DNA of 64,000 nucleotides, taken from contig NW_024704743.1 of the NCBI RefSeq assembly GCF_018977255.1, positions 92,692,001 to 92,756,000 on the forward strand, given 5' to 3'. Both the position numbers and the translations under genes were made by a program. Of the stretch, positions 36,380 through 49,934 are shown in pieces. The stretch is from Callorhinchus milii. Its lineage: Eukaryota. The notes beneath the pieces are model-generated. The model did no database searches and was not told the DNA's origin. It was given only the letters and a program-made list of their open reading frames with translations. Position 1 is the stretch's first letter; every line of letters begins with the position of its first letter.

Positions 36380-37110
36380 AGACTTCTGTCTGAGCACCTC
36401 TGAACTTTCTGAGTTTAGTATGCTTGCTAAGTGAGGCTCATATCCAGAAACATTTCTGTGAATCTACACTGCATCTTTTCCATGGCATTTATTTTCTTCC
36501 TTCAATAGATGTCCGAAACTAACCAAGGTTAAGCTTATATAAATTTGTCATTCCTCCTTTGTTTTGGATTCTGTCTCTGAATAAAAAAACAACAATATTG
36601 TTTGCCTTTTCATATGTTATTATTAACCTGTAGTGCTACCTTTAATGACCTGTGTATTCGCACATCAAGTTCCCTCTGCTCCTCTATTCCATTTAAATCT
36701 TATCATTTTATATTTGTTTCTTTTCCCTTGCCTAAAACCAAAAATTGTTGTGTGCAAATTGGCTGCCATATTCGCCAACAAAACACACAGGCACTGCAAC
36801 TTTACAGTATATCCTGTGAAGCGCTTTGTGATGTCCGTCTGACATGAAAGACATTATACCAAATATAAGAATATTATTATTAATAATATTAAAATGTACA
36901 ATTTAAAATTTTCAGCATCAAACTGCATCTGCCACTGTTGTCCTCCTGTTGTCTTTCACAACCACCATCGAAGTTTGCCATGCTTCCAATTTGGAGTCAT
37001 CACCAAATTTTAATATTATTCCCTAAATTCCTAATTCCAGATCATTAAAATGCATAAATACATATAAACAGCCCCTACACAGACTCTTGTAGAACACGAC
37101 TCTTTCCGAT
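36380..37110 (-). mobile_element. Old fragmented CR1, interrupted by a SINE 3' piece at about 36745-36890
   Basis: gtgaatctacactgcatc, acctttaatgacctgtgtattcgcacatcaagttccctctg and ttggagtcatcaccaaattt correspond to CR1 RT/C-terminal motifs. Confidence 0.6.
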
Positions 37111-37607
37111 CTGAAAAAAACTTCATTTTATTCCTTTATTATATTCATCTTACGTGCCCTCGTAGCATGAGACTAGCAGCAGCACATATCATTCCAGACA
37201 CCTATAACATAGGATTAATAGGTACAAAGGGTTAAGCAATGTGTGAGATTTGAGTCGCTGGTGAAGAGTATGACACACATTGGAAGTTTTAAGTGTTCAT
37301 TCTTTTGGGAGCTGACATCTCCAGGGAACATGTACCTCAGCCTTGAATCTGATGAATGAGACCTTACCTCTCCTGCTATTAAATCATTAGTCCAACACTT
37401 CCTACACCTGAAGAGCATTGTGGAGAAGCTAACTTGTAGCAATAACACTGTTATGTGGATGGTGAAGCCATCCGATATATCCATGGCAATCAATGTATTT
37501 CAGTAGTCTATAGAAATGCAGTTATTCCGAACATGCTCACTCCTCTTAAAATTGTTTCTGTTTCTGACATGGAGGTTCTGAGTGAACATTTGAAGATTCA
37601 TTTTTAG

Positions 37608-38997
37608 ATTCATAGAATGTTACGGCATAGAAGGAGGCCATTCGGCCCATCGAGTCTGTGTCGGCTCTTTGACAGAGCAAGTCACTTTCACTAACCCCAA
37701 TCACCAGCTTTCTCCCCATATCCCTGCAAACCCGTCTTCCCCAGATACCTATCCAGTTCTCTCTTAAACGCTGTTATCGAATCGGACTTCACTACTCTTT
37801 CAGGCAGATCATTCCAAATTCGAACAACTCGCTGAGTGAAAACATTTCTTCTAACCTCCCCTCTGCTTCTTTTGGTAGATATCTTAAGACTGTGACCACG
37901 GGTCACAGACACACCTACCAGCGGAAACAGCTTTTCCCTATCTAGCCTGTCGAAACCTTTCATGATCTTGAAGACCTCTATCAGATCCCCGCGTAACCTT
38001 CTCTGCTTTAATGGGAAAAGTCCTAACTTCTCCAGCCTGTCCTCATAGCTAAGCTTCCCCATTCCTGGTATCATTCTCGTGAATCTCCTCTGCACCCTTT
38101 CCAGTACCTTAATGTCCTTCCTGAAGTAAGGTGCCCAGAACTGGATGCAGTACTCCAGCTGAGGCCTAACCAGTGTTTTGTATAGATTAACCATAACCGC
38201 CCTACTCTTATACTCTATGCCCCAACTAATAAAGCTCAGTACAACAATTGCCTTTTTTACTGCCTATCTACCTGCCCCGCTACCTTTAATGATTTGCTTA
38301 CTTGAACACCCAGATTTCTCTGTACATTCACCCCCCTTAAGATTAAGCTACCAAGTCTATATTGCCTCCTATCATTTTTCCTACCTAAGTGTATCACCTC
38401 ACACTTATCCACATTGAAATCTATCTGCCACATGTCAGCCCATTCCACCATTCTGTGTATGTCTGCTTGCAGTTGGTTACAGTCCTCCTCACTATTTACT
38501 ACCCTACCTAACTTTGTATCATCTGCAAACTTGGAAATAGTGCTCTCTATGCCCAAGTCCAGATCATTAATATATATTAGAAAGAGCAGTGGTCCCAATA
38601 TCGATCCCTGGGGGACACCGCTGCACACCTCCTTCCATTTTGAGAAACACCCATTAACCACCAGCCTCTGCTTTCTGTCACTCAGCCAGTTCTTAATCCA
38701 AACTGCTACTGTCACCTTAATACCGTGGGCCTCTAATTTTTTTATTAATCTCTTATGTGGTACTGTGTCAAAAACCTTTTTGAAATCCATGTAAATAACA
38801 TCCACCGCATTTCCCTCATCAACCCTCGCAGTTACCTCTTCAAAAAATTCTGGCTGTCTCTAATTACCTCATGTTCCTCTAAGTAGAGATTTATTCTGTC
38901 CCGGATTATGGTCTCCAGTAGTTTTCCTATTACCGAAATTAGGCTGACTGGCCTGTAATTTCCGGGTTTGTCTTTCTGCCCCTTTTTGTAGATAGCG
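37608..38997 (-). mobile_element. CR1 LINE, 5'-truncated (RT fragments 38257-38805 and 37691-38194)
   Basis: YRPVSL, YMDFKKVFDTVPH, GVPQGSILGPLLFLIYINDL, KFADDTKLG and LVRPQLEYCIQFW motifs. 3' end is gatgggccgaatggcctcct...ttctatg. Confidence 0.96.
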
Positions 38998-39889
38998 GTT
39001 TATAAAAAATATGCTGATCTTATTACAGAGGGATCTGATACTGGTCAATGTTCTCAAACAAAGGTGATGAACCGTTGAAGCCTAAACCAATCACCCTCAC
39101 GTCACGCCAGAATGGCAGTATAGCTTGCAGAGGTCCTCTATCTTTGAGACCACAGTGATTCCTGTTAATGTGTCTCAAGGCATAGATACAGCCTTTGTCT
39201 TACACCCACAAACTTTAGGGACTCAATAGAATAAGTCAGAAGATATTGCCAGAAACGGATTTTGTTCCTGCAAGGTTGCAGGTGCACTAAAATGTGCAAA
39301 GTAATTAAACTCATCATCAGACACTGAGAAGGTACCTGAGAAGGTAAGAGCAGCAGCATTATAGTGTAAAGTGCACATTTAAAGTGAGCACAAACCATAA
39401 TCGCACTGTGTCTGGGAACACAATGTAAATAATAAATCACTTATTATTGCACGTGAATTTTGTTTTTCCAGGGTGTAAATAATGTATTAACTTACATTGC
39501 CTTCTTTTCTTTCTTCAAAAGTAAGACAAATGATAAAGTGACTAAATTATCTGGCAGCTGTGGGAAACCTCAAACCCTCTCAGAATCAAAGGTCAGGACT
39601 AGGCAGTGAGAATTATTCAGTAAGATCTAGTCCATCTTGCTCTGTACCTGATAGTGATGATTACTCTGGTCTCCCTGTGTATTTAAAGCTTGACATTGCT
39701 ATTCATTAATGATCATGTTGATGCTCTAGCAAGATTATGCAATGTGCAGCACATGACGATCAAATTATTAATTTTAATGAGTGTTCTGTTCATGTTTGTT
39801 GCAAGCAATGCAATCCTTGTTTCATTCTTACGTTTATCTTTTCGAACAATTTTGTTGCACATATGCGCTTACCTCCTCTTGTTCTATCT

Positions 39890-40557
39890 CTGTTGATTTT
39901 TCTCTCCTCTCTTCTTACAACCTCACCCTCTACATCCCCTCTGCTACCCCCGTCCATGGCCACCTACTTGATCTGGAGATTACTCAGGGCCTCAGCGTCT
40001 CAGACCTCACCATCACCGACAAAGCCATCTCAGATCACTACTTAATTTCCCTTAACTCCTCCATCCCATTCCCTGCCACTCACCCTACCTCCATCTCCTA
40101 CAGCCCCTGGAAAATAATCTGCCCCCTTCCCTTTCATCTGCCGTGGAGTCATCTGAACTCCTCCATCTCTGGGCTTCATCCTGCAATGACCTATCCTCCT
40201 TTGTCGCTCTCCTATACAACTTTCTCTCCACCACTTTCGATGCCCTTGCTCCCCTTACCTTCCAAACCGCCTCCTTCTCACGCAAGTCACCCTGGTACAC
40301 CAGACAACTCTGCGCTCTCCAAGCACAGATGTGTGCCGCCGAATGCATGTTTATCAAATCTACCTAAAGAGTCCATTGGCAGATCTGGCTGGACCATATC
40401 AAAATTACTGGTCCACCCTCTCCTCCACCAAATCATCCTTCTACTCTAAGATAATCTTAAAGGCAAAGGACAACCCAGGCTCCTCTTCTCCACCCTCTCA
40501 TGCCTGGCCCATTCTCTCCTCCAACTCCAAGTGTGAGGAAATGCTGGACTTCCTCTT
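39890..40557 (+). mobile_element. L2 endonuclease/linker fragment
   Basis: HGHLLDL...AISDHYLI is the APE C-terminal motif, followed by SPWYT and AKDNP...CEEMLDFL, which overlaps the 5' end of the 4006-5958 copy. Confidence 0.85.
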
Positions 40558-40582
40558 ACTTTATGGGGCTGCCAGTATCTGT

Positions 40583-40908
40583 GGAGTCCTGTAGCTCAGT
40601 GTTTAGAGCACTCGCTTTGCAAGCGAGAGACCTGAGTTCAATTCCAGGCAGGTCAGGGCGAAACCTTGGGCAAGTTTCCTTACTCCACACTACTCCACAC
40701 TAATAATAATCCCTCCAAAAACAATAATAAATTGGTCATTTTCAATCTACGACTGTTTGTGGGACATTGCTGTGCGCAATTGGCTGCCGCGTTCGCCCAC
40801 AAATATACAGTCAATTCACTTTACAGTGTGTTCTGTGAAGCGCTTTGGACGTCCTCCCGACGTGAAAAGCGCTATATCAAATGCAAGGATTATTATTATT
40901 ATTATTAT
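40583..40908 (+). mobile_element. Young full-length SINE, short form
   Basis: Near-identical to 23140-23466, including the caggtcagggcg variant. Confidence 0.95.
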
Positions 40909-41424
40909 CTGGACTGCAGGAGTGCTTTGAAGATCAGAGATTGGGACCAGTGGACTCAGTACTTAGAAAAGTGAAGGTACTACTGCAACAGCGATTAGTA
41001 AGAAACAAAATTGCATATACTTTAACATATTTATTGTCTTAATTAGAACAAGAGCACATTATAGAATAACACTACTTTTATCCATATCATTTTAATGATG
41101 AGGGGAAAAATGTTTCATGTAAATCCATAACAGTTTTAAAGGAGAATTGGAGAAATATTTGAAAAAATATAAAGGATTTGGAGATAAAGGAAGGGACAAT
41201 GTGGATAATGTTTGCAGTGAACTGGCACAAGCATGCTGATGAGTAGCTTTACTAATGATAATCAGAATTCTTATGTGTGATATTAATAATAATAATCCTT
41301 TGTATTTGATATCAATAATAGCACTGGGAGGACATCTTAAAGCACTTCACAGGAGTTTACTCTAAAGTGTAGCACCTGTGTATTTTGTAGCTCAACTTCT
41401 GAGCTAAAAGATCTGTGATGTAAG

Positions 41425-41590
41425 TAATAATAATAATCCTTGAAATTTGATATAGCACCTTATCACACCATTGAGACGTCTCAAAGCTCTTCATAGAATA
41501 GTAAAGTGAATTGACTGTATATTTTGTGGGCGAAAAGCGACAGCCAATTGCATACAGCAGTGTCCCACAAAGAGTCGTGGATTCTTTTTT
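41425..41590 (-). mobile_element. SINE 3' fragment
   Basis: Tail and Deu-like segment. Confidence 0.85.
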
Positions 41591-42764
41591 GGAAGGGTTT
41601 GGGGACCCGATAGGTAAACAGAGGTAATAAAATATAGAATACAAGAACTCCTGGAAGAAAGACGAAAAACTGGGATTGGGGATTGGAGTTTGGATTATAT
41701 CTTACAAATTTTCAGACTGTTCACACTTAAAGGTGCTGGAGCAGGTTAATGTACCCTGAGCTGATTATATATCAGGGAAGGAGATGACAAAAACATTTTT
41801 TTTAAAAAAACAAGCAAGATTAAATAAATCACACACATTTCTTCTATTTTCCCTTCTCCAAAATGTTGTCTGATTTACCGCAACCTATTGACACAACATT
41901 ATATTTAGTGCCTGCTAATTAACAGAAAAACAAGATATTCTGATCTCTCCAAAGTGTTGCTCACTGTAACACTGCCAGAGACATTATAATAAAGGTCTAC
42001 TTTTATATGGTGTTGGTTATCAATATATCATTTGTTGTTGGCCACTAATGACTTGCAGACGCACAGCAATTTTTAGATTTTTTCCAGTGAAGATGAGTTA
42101 AATAATTCAGTAACCTGAATATTTGCCTGCAGGTGCATGGATGTCTCTCTTCAATGTGTATGAGAATGGTCGGAATTATGAGAATTCTGTATTATTCAGA
42201 ATCACAGGCTGAAGTTTCTAAAATGTCATCCTGCATTTTTGCCAAACTGCATCCATTATCCAGCTCCAAGGCTCACACTTGTGCCTGACAATTCTTAACC
42301 ACTTGAATTCGAACCACCACACCCCCCACCCTTTTTTTATTTTAATTGCTGAAAACGGATATCAAATGTATTTGTATTGTATTTTGTATATTAAATACTT
42401 CAAAATGCAGAGCATAGGATTTTTTGCCTGCTTAAAGTCATCTAAGATTCTGAGAACATTCATGGCTAAAGACTGCTGCCTAACATACTTATTCAGAGGA
42501 GTTCTGCCCGAGGCTATATGCTGAAGGAATGTGCCCTGCACGCAAATCGAGGACATGTGCAAAATCCACCTACATTGTGCAAGCACTGAGTTAGCGACAA
42601 CTAACTATGTACCAGAGGTAGCAGACAGGAGTGTTGGATGGTAGAGTTATTCTTGAAGTGAAGCATGGATTGGATTGTTGGTCACTTACCTTGTTCACCA
42701 GCATACAGTCTTATACACGTTCTAATCAGAGACTGCAGCCTTTAAGGCACAAATACACAATACA

Positions 42765-43368
42765 CTACAAAATTATATTTGTAAAGTGCCTTTCATGTCG
42801 AAAGGACATTCCAAGGTGCTGAACAGTCAGGGATTAGGACCCAAGAGGGGTGGGGGTGGTGGTTGGGATCATGGGAGGTGGAGGGCAGAGAGTGTAGAAG
42901 GTTGGCTGAAGGCATATTTGAAGAGGAGGGTCTTGAGGCATGCCTTGAAGGAGGTAAGGGAGGGAGTAAGGCAAAGGGAATGTGGGTTAGAGTTCCATAG
43001 GGCAGAGAGGCTGAAGCCCCAACCACCGATAGTGGGGCAGGCCAAAAGGGGAACGTGGCCGGAGCCTGCTGAGCTGAGGGAGCGGACAAGTTGATAAAGG
43101 GGTTAGAAGTTTGGAGAGGTAGGAGGGGGCAGGGCCATGGAGAGCCTTGAGGGTGATGATGAGAATTGTGAACTCAATCCTCTGAGGGATGGGGAGCCAG
43201 TGGAGCCGGGCAAGCGTGGGGATGATGGGGTCACGGATCTGGTGCGGGAGAGGACGCTAGCTGCAGAGTTCTCGATGATCTGCAGCTTGTGGAGGGCCAC
43301 GTTAGGAAGGCCGACAAGCAGGATGTTGGCATAGTTGAGCCTGGATGTAATGAAGGCATGTATGAGGG
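42765..43368 (-). mobile_element. L2 3' fragment
   Basis: LHKLQIIENSAASVLSRTR and LHWLP motifs, plus tail. Confidence 0.88.
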
Positions 43369-45394
43369 AATATGTAATAATATAATCAGATTATTAGGGG
43401 AATGCTTAATTGGTCGTTGCAAGCCTGAGTGCATTTAGCATGCCATGTATTATAACTGTGCAGGACACTGAAATGAACTCTTAAGCAATAAGAGCACTAC
43501 TTGTTCACTTTATAATTCCCAGCGAGTGCACATATCACCTCTTCGATCATGCAGATAATAAGATAAAACTACAAATGTATTTCAAATCTCTGCTTCAGAA
43601 CTGCACCTCTGTTAGTATTCTCCCAGTAACATTGATACAAGCCATTCATGGTTTCCTAAGTTGTGCTGAATCATATTTGGATGTTGACACACTCCTCCAT
43701 AGATATTGAAGTTGGAAAGTGAAAATAAAAAAGTTATTTTCGTCAATTTCACAGCTTGCACTCCTGTCAAATAGGAGTGAATGTCAGTATGAATGCCTTA
43801 TTTTAAACATCACGGTTAGTTGCTTCCAGAAGGGTCACTATTAGCAAGATTTGCCCTTTATCTTGGGAATATTGAAACATTTTCTCTCTGCTGGTTCTAG
43901 TGGAGTTGCTGGGCACCTGCAGGTAATGAGTCTTACCTTGTTAAAGTGTAAAGTGGGCTTTCCATCACATGTTAATATGCTACTCACTGCAATATCGTTG
44001 AAAAAAAATGTGCTGTATATCTTCCTGCAAAGGTTTCTTGTATATATTAAGAGATCCTCATTTATATGATAAGCAGTGAGAAAAGAGAAAAAGAAAGATA
44101 GGCCTATTATGGATGCTGTAATATTTAACTGCATGTATGTAGACAGACTAAAGGCAGTCATCTTATTCATAAAAATCTGATATGAACCAGCTCAAGAGTT
44201 TATATGATATGAAAATAAGAAGCAATAAAAACACACAGCAATGAGATGCACAAGCAAAGACAATATAGTTTGCCTGTTCAGACATGTTATGCATACATAT
44301 TTTGATAAAAATATGAGATACAAATATGCCAATATTATAGATGATTACAATTTCTCAGCGAGCTGTGTGATAGGTTTTCATAAATAAAAATGGGAGCAAA
44401 CGACATTTGTAGCATAATCAGAGGGAGTAATTAGTATTATATATTCAGTACCCTTTGAATCTAGATAAATTGCATTACTTTTATCACATTTTGATTTCAA
44501 AGTTACTTTTCTGAGCCATATAATTTACTTAGTGTGAAGTGCCGAGCACATCCTGCAGCTTTCAGCTTGATTGATGAGTGTGTGAGCACAAAAGTGCAGC
44601 TTTGTTTTAAAAAATTACAAGCCAATTTCCAAAGGAAGACATTCACTGGTGCATACTGAGGCGGTTTACTGATAGCTCAAATAATAATGTAGCACATAGT
44701 CATTAATGGGCAGCCTCTTAATCAGGACATTTTGCAGAGTGTGGCTCGAAAATTATGAATTCTGCCCAATTTGAATTATTATGGGATGCTTCTATTAAAA
44801 AAAATCTACTGCATTTCCTAGTGGATAAACAGTAAAACAATCTTTTTTCAAGAGTAATAAAATCATGATAGAGAAGAGGAATGGATCCCTAAGTAGAGCT
44901 GCCTATTGAAGCGTTTTAAAACACTTCAAGGTCTCTGAATTTATAGTCTGCATATCCCAACCACTGGGTTCATTTGGAATATCTTATTTCAATTAAATTG
45001 CCTCAGCTTTACAAAAAGCATGAGATATATTGCATATTAAGAGCTTATTCTTTTCTTCTAATAGGTCTTGAAGTTTTTCAGATTATTCTTCAACCTCTTC
45101 CTTGAAGATTGTAAAATGTGTTTGCTTGTGCAGCCAGAGATCAGGATTACAACTTGTGTCATCTTATCATTGTCCCAAGAGTGCCAGCGACCACAGATAT
45201 CTTGCTTTTCTATTTAACAAGAGAACCAAATACTTATTCACTATCAGTCATCAAATGCAGACCACCTTCAGCCCCCTCCAGACTGTTTTTATAAAAAGCC
45301 TCCCCTCTCCCCAGCAAGAGTGCCCAATTAGCTGTGTGAAATACATTGAGACGTCTTCCCAATGTTTATAAATGTATTATATTAATGCTTAATC

Positions 45395-45935
45395 TGTTTA
45401 AATCGCCAGATAAAGTATATAGTTTGGTCACCTCCATTTTAGGAATAATCTCAGAGTCATAGAGATGGTGCAGAGGAAACAAAATGATATAATAACCAAT
45501 GATGAGTAGTTTGACCTATGAGCAGATTGAAGCAACTGGGTCTATTTTCACTAGAATTGAGAAGGTTGACCAGAGACCTAACATAAATCAAGATTAAAAT
45601 GATGAGGGATTTTGATAAAGTTAATAGAAATGATTTATTCTGCTGATAAGTGAGTTAGTGACTGGAAGGCATCAATTTTAGATAGTAAAGGACCCGAGGA
45701 GGATCAGGAGGATTTCTAATACACAGACAGTTGTTAGGATATGGAATGTCCAGCTGGGCACGATGGTCAATGGAGGATCAACATTAGCTTTCAAGAGGGA
45801 ACTAAAGAAAGATCTAAAAATGAATAATTTGCAGGGATATGTAAAAAAGGGGACTGAATGGGTTGCTCTTTCAAAGAGCCAGAACAGATGGGTTAAATGA
45901 TCTACTTCTGTGATGTACATTTCTATGGTTTTACG
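45395..45935 (+). mobile_element. Old CR1 3' fragment
   Basis: Degenerate FWSP, YEQxLKQLGLFSLExRRLxxDL motifs and a CR1 3' end. Confidence 0.75.
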
Positions 45936-47049
45936 TTTCTAATTATATCAAGAGGACAGGAAAGAAGGAGGTAATTGAAAGCAGCTATGTGTCATATGGA
46001 AGATTGTATCAGAGGATTGTTCAAGAGGAAGAAAGGAAGAGGCAAATCACATTCCTATAGGCCCGTGAATTTAACATTGGTTAAACAAAAAGCTTGGTCA
46101 TCGATGGTGAGGCGGGTAGGGCAGGGAACATGAAACATGACTGTGTTCAATGAGTGAAGTTCACTAGGATTGTAGGAGGTTGCAGAAGTGGGGCGAGGCC
46201 ATAGAGGGATTTCAAATTAATTGGCAGCTCATCTTATTGTCTATGGGTTGTTGCTGGTGCAGCTCAGTTGCCACCATCGCCCAAGTACCATTTACTTAAT
46301 TTTTAATCAATCCTATTTTGTAAAATGCTTTAAAATATTTATTTTACATGACAAATGCTATATAAATGCAAGTAGTTGGATTTTACCAGTCTCACCCCCA
46401 GCTCTTTACTGAATTGTGTGAGTCCTTAGTTTATATAGAACACACAGTTAAAAGGTAAGAACATTGATTGAGATTCATGTATAAAATTCCCATCTACACG
46501 TCGATCAGCAATGAAAAGGTCAGATTCTACTCTCATTAAATAAATATTTATTGGCTTTCCATTTTCAGGAAACATTCACCAGCTTGTTGATAATTTCATT
46601 TGTTGCTCTATGTCAGTATTGACTTGATAGTGATTTTCATACAGTCAATAGGAATCTATTGGAGCTTGTGTAATTAAAACCCATACTTACATTTGTTTGC
46701 TTTGTCACAACAGCAGCAAACCGGCTAATGAAATGGAATCAAGTTTGGGAGATAACCGAGCATCAAATGTAGGATTACGCAGCAATTCCTTTCTATACAA
46801 CTTTCTCTTGTTCATCATTAAATGCTTTAAATGAAGAGAAAATATGCAGCCTACATTACCCCACATTCATATTATTCGCGAAGACATTGTTATTAACAAT
46901 AAAAGCACAATTATTCAATTTCTGCTCATGCTTCTCAAAATGCTGTATCTTGTGCATAAGGAGCAGCTGTTTTTAAAAATTTGGAGGCCTCCCAAATAGG
47001 CAGGCATATAATAACAAAAAAGAAGAAATAATAATCCTAACCCTAATTA

Positions 47050-47540
47050 GGGTTATTGTATTTGGTATAGCATATTTCAAGTCAGGAGGACATTCCAAAG
47101 CACTTCTCAGGATTTACTGAAAAATGTATTGACTGTAGTTTGTAGAGGAACACAGCAAGCAATTTGCATCTCAAAGCATTTCTCAGGACATACAGTAAAG
47201 TAACTGTGCAGTTGTAGGTGAACACAGCAGCCCAATTACATATAGTGAATAACCTATTTTATTCGGGGGGTTGTTGGTCAGGATACCCGTAAACCTCCCT
47301 TCTCCAATTGTGTCATGGGATGTCAGTTTAATGTCTCGTCTGCTCCGGGACTCTAACCCATCTGAAGAGTGCTATATAAATGCAAGTTATCTGTGTTGTT
47401 GTTCAATAATGCAGTATTCTCCAGCACTGATTTGGAGTGTCATCATAGACACCTTGAGTTCCAAGTGCCAATATGTGGCTTCAGCTCTCAACCTTCTGAC
47501 TCAGTGGAAAGACTGCTACCAACTGAACCAAGGTGACATA
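47050..47540 (-). mobile_element. Old Deu-domain SINE with an internally repeated 3' segment
   Basis: Head motif caaccttctgactcag...ctaccaactgaaccaaggtgaca. The aaagcacttctcagga...aacacagca segment occurs twice (about 47097 and 47173). Confidence 0.65.
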
Positions 47541-47754
47541 CATGATATTCCTGTCATTTGTATTTGGTATCGCACATATACAGGTCTTCCTGCTGTTCAC
47601 AATATAATGATACTGTGACCAGCACCTAATTTAATATAAATATGATTGAGAACATCAAACTGAATGCCCAGATGACAGAGATGGGTGACAACATTGTAAA
47701 GGGACTGGATCAATCAGTGGTGCCTTTGAAGATATCTGTTGTTAATGATTTTGT

Positions 47755-48326
47755 CTATGTCACCTCTCGGCTGGACTACTCTAACGCCTGACCTCGCCGG
47801 TCTCCAATCCACAACCATCTCTAAAATCCAAATCATTCAAAGCTCTGCCGCCCGCATTCTCACCCGCACGAAACTCCGCTCCCCGATCACCCCAGTCCTT
47901 GCCAGACTGCACTGGCTGCCTATCCCAGAGAGGATCAATTTCAAGATCCTCACCCTTGTATTCAAGTCCCTGCACTCCTCTGCGCCCCCTACCTCTCTGA
48001 CCTCCTCTCTCCTCAAAACAGTACCCGTTGCCTTCGTTCCTCTGGGTTTGGCCTCCTCCTCGTCCCCCAAATCATCCAGTCCACCCTCGGCTGCTGTGCC
48101 TTCAGCCACTATGCCCCGAGGCTCTGGAACTGCCTTCCTCACTCCTTTCATCTTGCTCCCTCCCTTCCCATTTTCAGGTCTCTGTTGAAGACCTTTCTTT
48201 TTGACCGCGCCTTTGATCGCCTTCCTCCCTCTCCCCCTGGCTCGGTCCCGGGATCTGTTACTGTAAAGCGCTCTGAGACGCTGTCCGGGGTGGAGGGCAC
48301 TATATAAATCCAAGTTGTTGTTGTTG
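47755..48326 (+). mobile_element. L2 3' fragment, second subfamily
   Basis: IQSSAARILTRTK...[23 protein letters not shown]. Distinct tail aagcgctctgagacgctgtccggggtggagggcactatataaatccaag(ttg)n. Confidence 0.9.
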
Positions 48327-49069
48327 ATTTTCTCCTTATATTATGAGAGAGTTCAGAAAAGACTGCTGAGGTTGCTATTGTTCTCAAATTATGCAGATAA
48401 TTTGTTTTCATTTGAAAAAACTATTGCAAAGAGATAACTCCCACCTCCTCCATTCCATGATTGTTAAGCAGGGATACCTTCTGACTGCTGACAATGTGCA
48501 TCCACACAGACTATTCAAATGGAGTTGAAAGTGTGTTTATCAAGAAAATGGTAGTGTAAATGTTGCACTGCATCAGAAGACATGTCTTTGGATGTAAAAT
48601 ACATCTCCTGCAAGGTACCCTAACACTGCCACACTGGCTCAGAAGAACTTGTCAGACCCAGCTAATTCAAAATGACTTACACAGGGCTCCCTGCAGGACA
48701 CACTGCGATAATCGCATTGAAACTCTTATGAAACATTTGAACTATAATTGATAATTATCAATACATTTCGGAATGGGGACACCTCCCATCACTGATGTCA
48801 GCACAATGATTCAGTATGAAGATAATTTTGCAAGCTATGTCAGATTGGCACTTAGTAGCCAAGACTCTTGTTCCAGACCCAACCCAACAGTTTGACGGTC
48901 ACATCAGAGGACACTGATGTCAGTTAAGCCGATTAAACAGCACTCAAACAATTAATTCTCAAAATCAACTGCAAATCTATTCTGAAGCACTGAATTTTTC
49001 ACCCCTACATTTTGAATGTTGCACGTGGAAGGACGCACTCTTTTTAACATGAATGTTGTTATTTTCATA

Positions 49070-49363
49070 ATATAATCCTTGCATTTGATATAGCACTTTT
49101 CACATCTACTCAAAGTCTCAAAGCGCTTCACAGAATATGCCGTAAAGGGAATTGACCGTACATTTGTGGGTGAAACGCGGCAGCCAATTGCGCACAGCAG
49201 TGTCCCACAACCAGTCGTGGATTGAAAATGACCAATTTATCATTGTTTTGTTTTGGAGGGATTATTATTAGGCGTGTGGAGTAAGGAAACTTGCCCAATG
49301 TTTCGCCCTGCCTGGTGTCTCTCTTGCAAGATGAGTGCTCTAATCACTGAGCTACAGGACTCC
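49070..49363 (-). mobile_element. SINE short form with B-box deletion
   Basis: Family match. The head reads cctgcctgg^tgtctc, lacking aattgaacccagg. Confidence 0.9.
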
Positions 49364-49934
49364 ACTAAGCAATGTCTCTGCATATTACATAACATCATGT
49401 TTGATATGTATGAATTGTTCACAATAAATTGATTAACATTAAAAGGAATATTTCTTTTTAGTTCATTGGTATCACAAAAGGTAATGTGAGTTTGTGTCCT
49501 TAAACAACAACAACTGGCACTTATATAGTGCCAGACGCAGAGGAGGCCAGACCCAGTAGAGCAGAGGCAGCAGGTACTGCTGTTGGGAGAGAGGAGGTTA
49601 GAGAGATAGGATTGCCAAGGAATGGAGGGATTTAAACACTGGTGTGAGGGTCTTGAAGTCGATCCACTCTGTCACAGGGAACCAGTGGGGTTTGGCAAGA
49701 ACTGGAGTAATAAACACTCAAATCAAGCACATGTTTGCATTACGTTACTCTCAGTTGAATCAAGGAACCAAATAAATATTTAAGGAATATGAATTAGAAG
49801 ATTTACCTGAATAAATACACCTCAGTTATATCTGTGAAACAACAGTAGCTACAGTATTCATATATGAATATGTTTTAGCACTGTAGTTATACCAGTTTGT
49901 TCTGTGAGCACCCAAACTCACTTGAAACTTACAA

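Noticed and set aside
43937..44024. Possible 88-nt minus-strand exon (ttgcag ... AAG/gtaaga)
   Set aside because: Weak pyrimidine tract, unrecognised peptide and no partner exons.
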